From contig JBDRUH010000012.1 of the NCBI GenBank assembly GCA_039801225.1, positions 1-40,792 on the forward strand: a stretch of DNA of 40,792 nt, written 5' to 3'. Below, piece by piece: positions 36,123-40,792 of the stretch (position 1 is the first letter of the stretch; each line of letters starts with the position of its first letter). The notes beneath the pieces were generated by a model. The model did no database searches and was not told where the DNA came from. It worked only from the letters and a program-made list of their open reading frames with translations. The translations under genes were made by a program, and so were the position numbers. The DNA comes from a candidate division WOR-3 bacterium. GTDB lineage: Bacteria; Hydrothermota; Tepidihabitantia; Tepidihabitantales; Tepidihabitantaceae.

Positions 36123-38068
36123 CTGACATCCACCATTTCACACAATGCCTGTTTGGTAAAATTGGTCAGATTCATTGCTCCGGATGGACAGGAAACCGCA
36201 CAGGCACCACACCCCTCGCACATTGCGCTCTGAACCACCGCCTTTTTCCGCTTTGGGTCAACCTTAACCGCTTCATAGGCGCAGGTTCGCTCGCAGTTGC
36301 CACAACCCACACAAACCTCCTCATCCACCACGGCGATCACCGGTTCATGCTCCATCTCCTCGGTTGAAAACATCGCCAAGACCTTTGCGGCAGCCGCCGA
36401 TGCCTGGGCAACCGTCTCCGGAATGTCCTTTGGTCCCTGACCGCATCCGGCAAGGAAAAATCCGGCGGTAAGGGTCTCCACCGGTCTTAATTTCGGGTGG
36501 GCTTCGGACTGGAAACCATTGGCATCCAGGGCAACCTTCAACTGCCGTGCCAGTTGCACACCACTGGGATTGGGCACAACCGCACTGGCTAATACCACCA
36601 TATCCGCCTCAATCTCCAACTTAGTTCCTGCTAAGGTGTCTGCGGCCCAGACCACCACCCGGTCACCGCGCCGGAAAATTTTGGAAACTTTACCCCTTAA
36701 ATACTTCACACCCTCATCAGTCGCCCGGCGATAGAACTCCTCAAAACCTTTACCTGGTGTCCGGACATCAATATAGCAAACAATCGCCTCACCGTTATGA
36801 ACCCGATGTTTGTAAAGCAAAGCGTGCTTGGCGGTATACATACAGCATATCTTTGAGCAGTAGGGCACACCCTGATTGGAGTCGCGTGAGCCGGCACACT
36901 GAACAAAGACCACCCGCTTAGGCACCTTGCCATCCGAGGGGCGGCGCACCTCACCGGCAAATGGACCCGAGGCAGAAAGGATTCGTTCAAACGCCAGACC
37001 GTCAATCACATCCGGCACCGCACCGGCCCCATAAGCGCCCAGAAGGCTTAAGTCAAATAACTCATAACCGGTGGCCAGGACAATTGCGCCCACCTCCTCC
37101 TCAATAAACCTTTCCTGGTCCTCGTAACGGATGGCATTCGCCGGACAAACCTTGGCACACACCCCGCACTTCTTGCCCTGTAACTGCCGGCAGTTTTCCG
37201 CATCAATCACCACCTTATTCGGCACCGCCTGGGGAAACAGACGGTAGATCGCCCGGCGCTTCGTCAACTGCCGGTCAAAGTTTGCTTTAACCCGCACCGG
37301 ACATTTCTCTAAACAGATACCGCAGCCGGTGCAGGCGTCAATGTCAACAAATCTCGGCTTCTGGCGGATTTTCACCTTGAAGTTACCCACAAAACCCGAA
37401 ACCTCCGCCACCTCCGAATAGGTCAACAGTTTTATCCGTGGGTGTCTCCCCGCCTCAACCGTGCGCGGGGTCAAAATGCACTGCGAGCAGTCAAGGGTGG
37501 GAAAGGTTTCGGAAAGTTGCGCCATATGCCCGCCGATTGACGGCTCCTTTTCCACCAGAACCACCTCATAGCCGGCATTGGCAATATCCAGTGCCGCCTG
37601 AATACCGGCGATCCCGGCACCCACCACCAGACACCGCTTTGTGACCGGCACCCGCAGGCGGGTTAAAGGCTGGTTGCGGTGCACCTTTTTTAGCATTGTG
37701 GCAATAATCCGCGCCGCCTTTGAGGTTGCCGCATCCCGGTCCGCTGTTACCCAAGAGCACTGCTCCCGGATATTGGCAATTTCTAAGAGATAAGGGTTTA
37801 AACCCGCCTCCTGCGCCGCCCGACGGAATGTCGCCTCATGAAGAGTGGGTGAGCAGCAGGCAACCACCACCCCATCTAAACCCTCAGCCTTAATTGTTTC
37901 CCGGATAATCTTCTGCCCCGGGTCAGAACAGCAGTAAACATAATCCTTAACACTCACCACATCCGGCAGTTTCTTCACCCGTTCCAGTAGTTCCGGAATC
38001 TTTACCACCCCGGCAATGTTAATTCCGCAGTGGCAGATGAAAACACCTAAACGCCCTTTGCCCGTCAT
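36119..38068 (-). CDS. hdrA: Heterodisulfide reductase subunit A (canonical size)
   Basis: GVFICHCG, ETFPTLDCSQC, QCAGSRD, CSKICCMY and EAHPKLRP motifs. ATG 38068 preferred because the GTG extension is repeat DNA. Confidence 0.95.
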   Translation of the reverse strand: MTGKGRLGVFICHCGINIAGVVKIPELLERVKKLPDVVSVKDYVYCCSDPGQKIIRETIKAEGLDGVVVACCSPTLHEATFRRAAQEAGLNPYLLEIANIREQCSWVTADRDAATSKAARIIATMLKKVHRNQPLTRLRVPVTKRCLVVGAGIAGIQAALDIANAGYEVVLVEKEPSIGGHMAQLSETFPTLDCSQCILTPRTVEAGRHPRIKLLTYSEVAEVSGFVGNFKVKIRQKPRFVDIDACTGCGICLEKCPVRVKANFDRQLTKRRAIYRLFPQAVPNKVVIDAENCRQLQGKKCGVCAKVCPANAIRYEDQERFIEEEVGAIVLATGYELFDLSLLGAYGAGAVPDVIDGLAFERILSASGPFAGEVRRPSDGKVPKRVVFVQCAGSRDSNQGVPYCSKICCMYTAKHALLYKHRVHNGEAIVCYIDVRTPGKGFEEFYRRATDEGVKYLRGKVSKIFRRGDRVVVWAADTLAGTKLEIEADMVVLASAVVPNPSGVQLARQLKVALDANGFQSEAHPKLRPVETLTAGFFLAGCGQGPKDIPETVAQASAAAAKVLAMFSTEEMEHEPVIAVVDEEVCVGCGNCERTCAYEAVKVDPKRKKAVVQSAMCEGCGACAVSCPSGAMNLTNFTKQALCEMVDVR

Positions 38069-38154
38069 AACCTCAACCTCTCCCGTCTTCCGTCTTCCGC
38101 CTTCCACCTTCCACCTTCCGCCTTTTCAATACGAAACTGGTGATAGGACTGTTT

Positions 38155-38177
38155 GCAAACCTAAAGGTTTGCCCTAC
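38155..38177 (-). repeat. GTAG-type REP
   Basis: Minus strand GTAGG-GCAAACCTTTAGGTTTGC hairpin between hdrB and hdrA. Confidence 0.7.
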
Positions 38178-38221
38178 TATACCGGGGAACTGTTTTTCCA
38201 CTTCCGCCTTCCACCTTAACA

Positions 38222-39073
38222 CTATATCAGCCCCTTCTCTTTCAAAAATGGCACCGGGTTCAGTTTGTTGTCCTCAAACCCCAGGTCCTTTTCCGCTATT
38301 CCCAGTGCCAGCCCCAATAACTGGGTAAAATAAAAAATCGGCATAAATTCGCCACCCACCTGGGCAATCTCAAGATTGTATTGGCACAAAGGGCAGGTGG
38401 TGGCAATCGCGCTAGCGCCCCAGGTTCGGGCATTCTCAATAATCCGCATTGAACAGGTCTTAGCCACCTCTCGCCGGTTAACCACCAGATAACCGCCGCA
38501 GCACTCGGTTTTAAAATCAAACCGGACCGGCTGCCCGCCTAGTGCGGTAATCAACTCGTCCATAACCTGCGGATTCTCCGGGTCGTCAAACTTTAAGACC
38601 CCCTTCGGTCTAACCATCAAACAGCCATAATAGGATGCGACCGGAAAACTTAGCGGCTTTTTCACCCGCTCCTTTATCGCCTCCCACCCTATCTCATCCT
38701 TCAACACCTCAAGGTAGTGGAGAACTGTAACCGGTCTCTCAAACGGCTCATCAACAAAATCTTTCAGACGCCTCTGCTCAATCTCATTACCAGGCGCGAA
38801 AAAACGCTCCTGTGCCCGCTTCAGGACATTATGGCAGGCAGCACAGAGAGTAATCAGTTTCTCGCCCAACTGGCTCGCCTTAGCCAGATTCCGCACCGGA
38901 CCAACCTGTGCCGCCAGGTCATCACTACTGGTATTATAAATCGCGCCACAGCAGTTCCAAGAAGGCATCTCTGTTAGTTCAACGCCCAAAACCGCCATCG
39001 CCTCCCGACCGCACCGGTCAAGATTCTTTGCCTTAGAGTAGAGTGTGCAACCTGGGTAATAGGTGTATCTCAT
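38222..39073 (-). CDS. hdrB: Heterodisulfide reductase subunit B
   Basis: Two CCG domains: YYPGC..CCG..CAAC and YYGC..CCG..CPLC. Confidence 0.94.
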   Translation of the reverse strand: MRYTYYPGCTLYSKAKNLDRCGREAMAVLGVELTEMPSWNCCGAIYNTSSDDLAAQVGPVRNLAKASQLGEKLITLCAACHNVLKRAQERFFAPGNEIEQRRLKDFVDEPFERPVTVLHYLEVLKDEIGWEAIKERVKKPLSFPVASYYGCLMVRPKGVLKFDDPENPQVMDELITALGGQPVRFDFKTECCGGYLVVNRREVAKTCSMRIIENARTWGASAIATTCPLCQYNLEIAQVGGEFMPIFYFTQLLGLALGIAEKDLGFEDNKLNPVPFLKEKGLI

Positions 39074-39462
39074 ACCGAAAACTTTCGGAAACTGGCGATG
39101 AACGCCTGCTGCGGGATATCCTGAAGGTCAGGCTCGGTAACCTTATCCGGGTCAACAACGCTTTTTTTACTCCGCAGGATAAGGGCACGGCACGCCTCGG
39201 CAATCCGGGCATAATCAACATTTCTCGGACAGCGTGTCCCGCAGACCAGACAACTGGCACAAACCCAGATACCGTCGCTAGAAAGAAGTTCGCCAACCCG
39301 CCCCAATTGCAAAAGCCTTATCGCCTTGCTCGGCGGTGGGTCCATAACCTCACCAATCGGACAGCCCGCGGTGCAACAGCCACACTGATAACAGTCCTGA
39401 ACCCGCTGTCCGCTCAACTCCTCAATTATCGCGAGGAGTTGATTATTCTCGTTTGATTCCAT
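39070..39462 (-). CDS. hdrC: Heterodisulfide reductase subunit C
   Basis: CYQCGCCTAGCP and IWVCASCLVCGTRCP motifs. Confidence 0.93.
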   Translation of the reverse strand: MESNENNQLLAIIEELSGQRVQDCYQCGCCTAGCPIGEVMDPPPSKAIRLLQLGRVGELLSSDGIWVCASCLVCGTRCPRNVDYARIAEACRALILRSKKSVVDPDKVTEPDLQDIPQQAFIASFRKFSV

Positions 39463-39471
39463 AAGACAAAA

Positions 39472-39500
39472 ATCATAATTTTATTCTTTCCAGGAGTCAA
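39472..39500 (-). promoter_or_regulatory. Promoter for the hdr operon, near-leaderless
   Basis: TTGACT-N17-TATGAT, 9 nt before the hdrC ATG; no SD. Confidence 0.6.
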
Positions 39501-39663
39501 GAAAATTCTATGTTTGCGCCAAGACATCGTTATTAGGGAATGGTGAGGGTAGTATTAGAACACTGGTTTAAGAAAGCCGGTTACCCCACTCAGGGACATT
39601 GTATAGATCAAGGGCATTTGCAAGATTTTGTTTTTTAGGGCAAGTATATAAGCCCCCGTCTGA

Positions 39664-39691
39664 GTAGGGCAATTTATGAAATTGCTTCTAC
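39664..39691. repeat. Degenerate GTAG REP
   Basis: GTAGGGCAATTTATGAAATTGCTTCTAC, related to 12470-12497. Confidence 0.7.
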
Positions 39692-39737
39692 ATATTTTTG
39701 TTGCTGGCTAAACCTTTCCCCTAATGCTAAACAAGAA

Positions 39738-40792
39738 CTACTTTGTGATCACAACCTTTCTTTCTGTTCCTAAAACATCCCTTATAAAATAAACACCCGG
39801 GGCAAGATGACGGATATCATTCTCACCAGGCTTAACTTCAAACACCTTTCTACCGGTGGCATCAACCAGAAACGCCTGAGCACGGTCTTCGGTCTTCGGT
39901 CCCCGGTCTTCGGTCTTGTTCCATCTCAGCACATTGCGGACAATGGTGGCTGTTAACCGTGAGCGGTTAGCCGTTGGCTGTAAGCGTTCCTCAATTCCCG
40001 TGCCATAGAACTCAATAACCCGTAGACCAGCATCATCGTCTGCGACAAGGGGATAATCACCTGACACCGCTACACCCCAAGCCCAGCCTGGTGTGTTATA
40101 ATAGCCTACCTCCTGCGGATTTGTCGGGTCTGAGACCGAGACCACTCGCAGACCCGAACCCCCGGCTGCCACATAGGTATAATTACCGGAGACCGCTACA
40201 CCCTCAGCATAGCCTGGTGTCTCATAATAGCCTACCTCCTGCGGATTTGTCGGGTCTGAGACCGAGACCACTCGCAGACCCGAACCCCCGGCTGCCACAT
40301 AGGCATAATTACCGGAGACCGTTACATCACAAGCCCAGCCTGGTGTCTCATAATAGCCTACCTCCTGCGGATTTGTCGGGTCTGAGACCGAGATAACCCG
40401 CAGACCTGAACCATGGTCGGCCACATAGGCATAATCACCGGAAACCGCTACACCACAAGCAAAGTCTGGTGTGTCATAATAGCCCACCTCTTGTGGGTTT
40501 GTGGGGTCTGAGATAGAAATCACCCGCAAACCAGAAGCACCATCTGCGACATAGGCATAATCACCTGAGACCGCTACATCATAAGCAGAACCTGGTGTCT
40601 CATAATAGCCTACCTCCTGCGGATTTGTCGGGTCAGAGAGCGAGACAACCCGCAAACCTGCAGTCTCGTTTGCCACAAAGGCATAATCACCTGACACCAC
40701 TACACCATAAGCATCGCCTGGTGTCTCATAATACCCCACCTCCTGCGGATTTGTCGGGTCGGAGACCGAGACAACCCGCAGACCAGCATCAT
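39738..40792 (-). CDS. LVIVD-repeat protein with T9SS-like C-terminal domain (5' end beyond window)
   Basis: 42-aa (126-nt) repeats GYYETPG.A..VAVSG.YAYVA...GLRVVSVSDPTNPQEV; frame is open to the window edge; C-terminal DATGRKV...LAPGVYFIR. Confidence 0.9.
   Translation of the reverse strand, partial: DAGLRVVSVSDPTNPQEVGYYETPGDAYGVVVSGDYAFVANETAGLRVVSLSDPTNPQEVGYYETPGSAYDVAVSGDYAYVADGASGLRVISISDPTNPQEVGYYDTPDFACGVAVSGDYAYVADHGSGLRVISVSDPTNPQEVGYYETPGWACDVTVSGNYAYVAAGGSGLRVVSVSDPTNPQEVGYYETPGYAEGVAVSGNYTYVAAGGSGLRVVSVSDPTNPQEVGYYNTPGWAWGVAVSGDYPLVADDDAGLRVIEFYGTGIEERLQPTANRSRLTATIVRNVLRWNKTEDRGPKTEDRAQAFLVDATGRKVFEVKPGENDIRHLAPGVYFIRDVLGTERKVVITK

Noticed and set aside
26234..39462. Selenocysteine recoding in HdrA or MvhD
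   Set aside because: The ORFs are uninterrupted and the usual Sec positions encode Cys.
162..40396. Many antisense or nested short ORFs in the supplied track
   Set aside because: They are shadow frames of well-supported genes, with no independent motifs or start signals.
40020..40792. Regular 126-nt repeats as a CRISPR array
   Set aside because: They are in-frame coding LVIVD repeats without unique spacers, and no cas genes are present.

Overview
This is a gene-dense bacterial chromosome segment from an anaerobic diderm. Candidate division WOR-3 or a related lineage is an inference from the T9SS-like C-terminal domains, LVIVD proteins and gene content. From left to right it holds: a phosphate uptake operon (porin-pstS-pstC) with PhoP-type boxes; acpP-fabF-etfB-coaE and a divergent PyrE-like gene; a ~240-nt highly structured RNA with its own promoter that leads into a Zn-ribbon protein with an apparently inactive HNH domain; hisS, vanZ and an orphan V-ATPase subunit D; a 12-nt-periodic AT-rich spacer, REP elements and an IS481/IS1202-like IS; secreted beta-propeller proteins; an RNase P RNA enlarged by two copies of a 73-nt heptamer hairpin; two EIIA-ion transporter fusions flanking a USP-like gene; GT-C/TPR and CDF transporter genes; archease; a 13-kb Hdr cluster (hdrC-hdrB-hdrA-hdrL-mvhD-fdhB-like-double hdrC-tandem hdrA); and an LVIVD protein. 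The best candidates for new biology are the unassigned RNA plus dead-HNH unit at 7190-8321 and a system of 7-nt repeats and palindromes inserted into proteins and into RNase P RNA. All assignments come from manual motif reading; no searches or folding programs were run.
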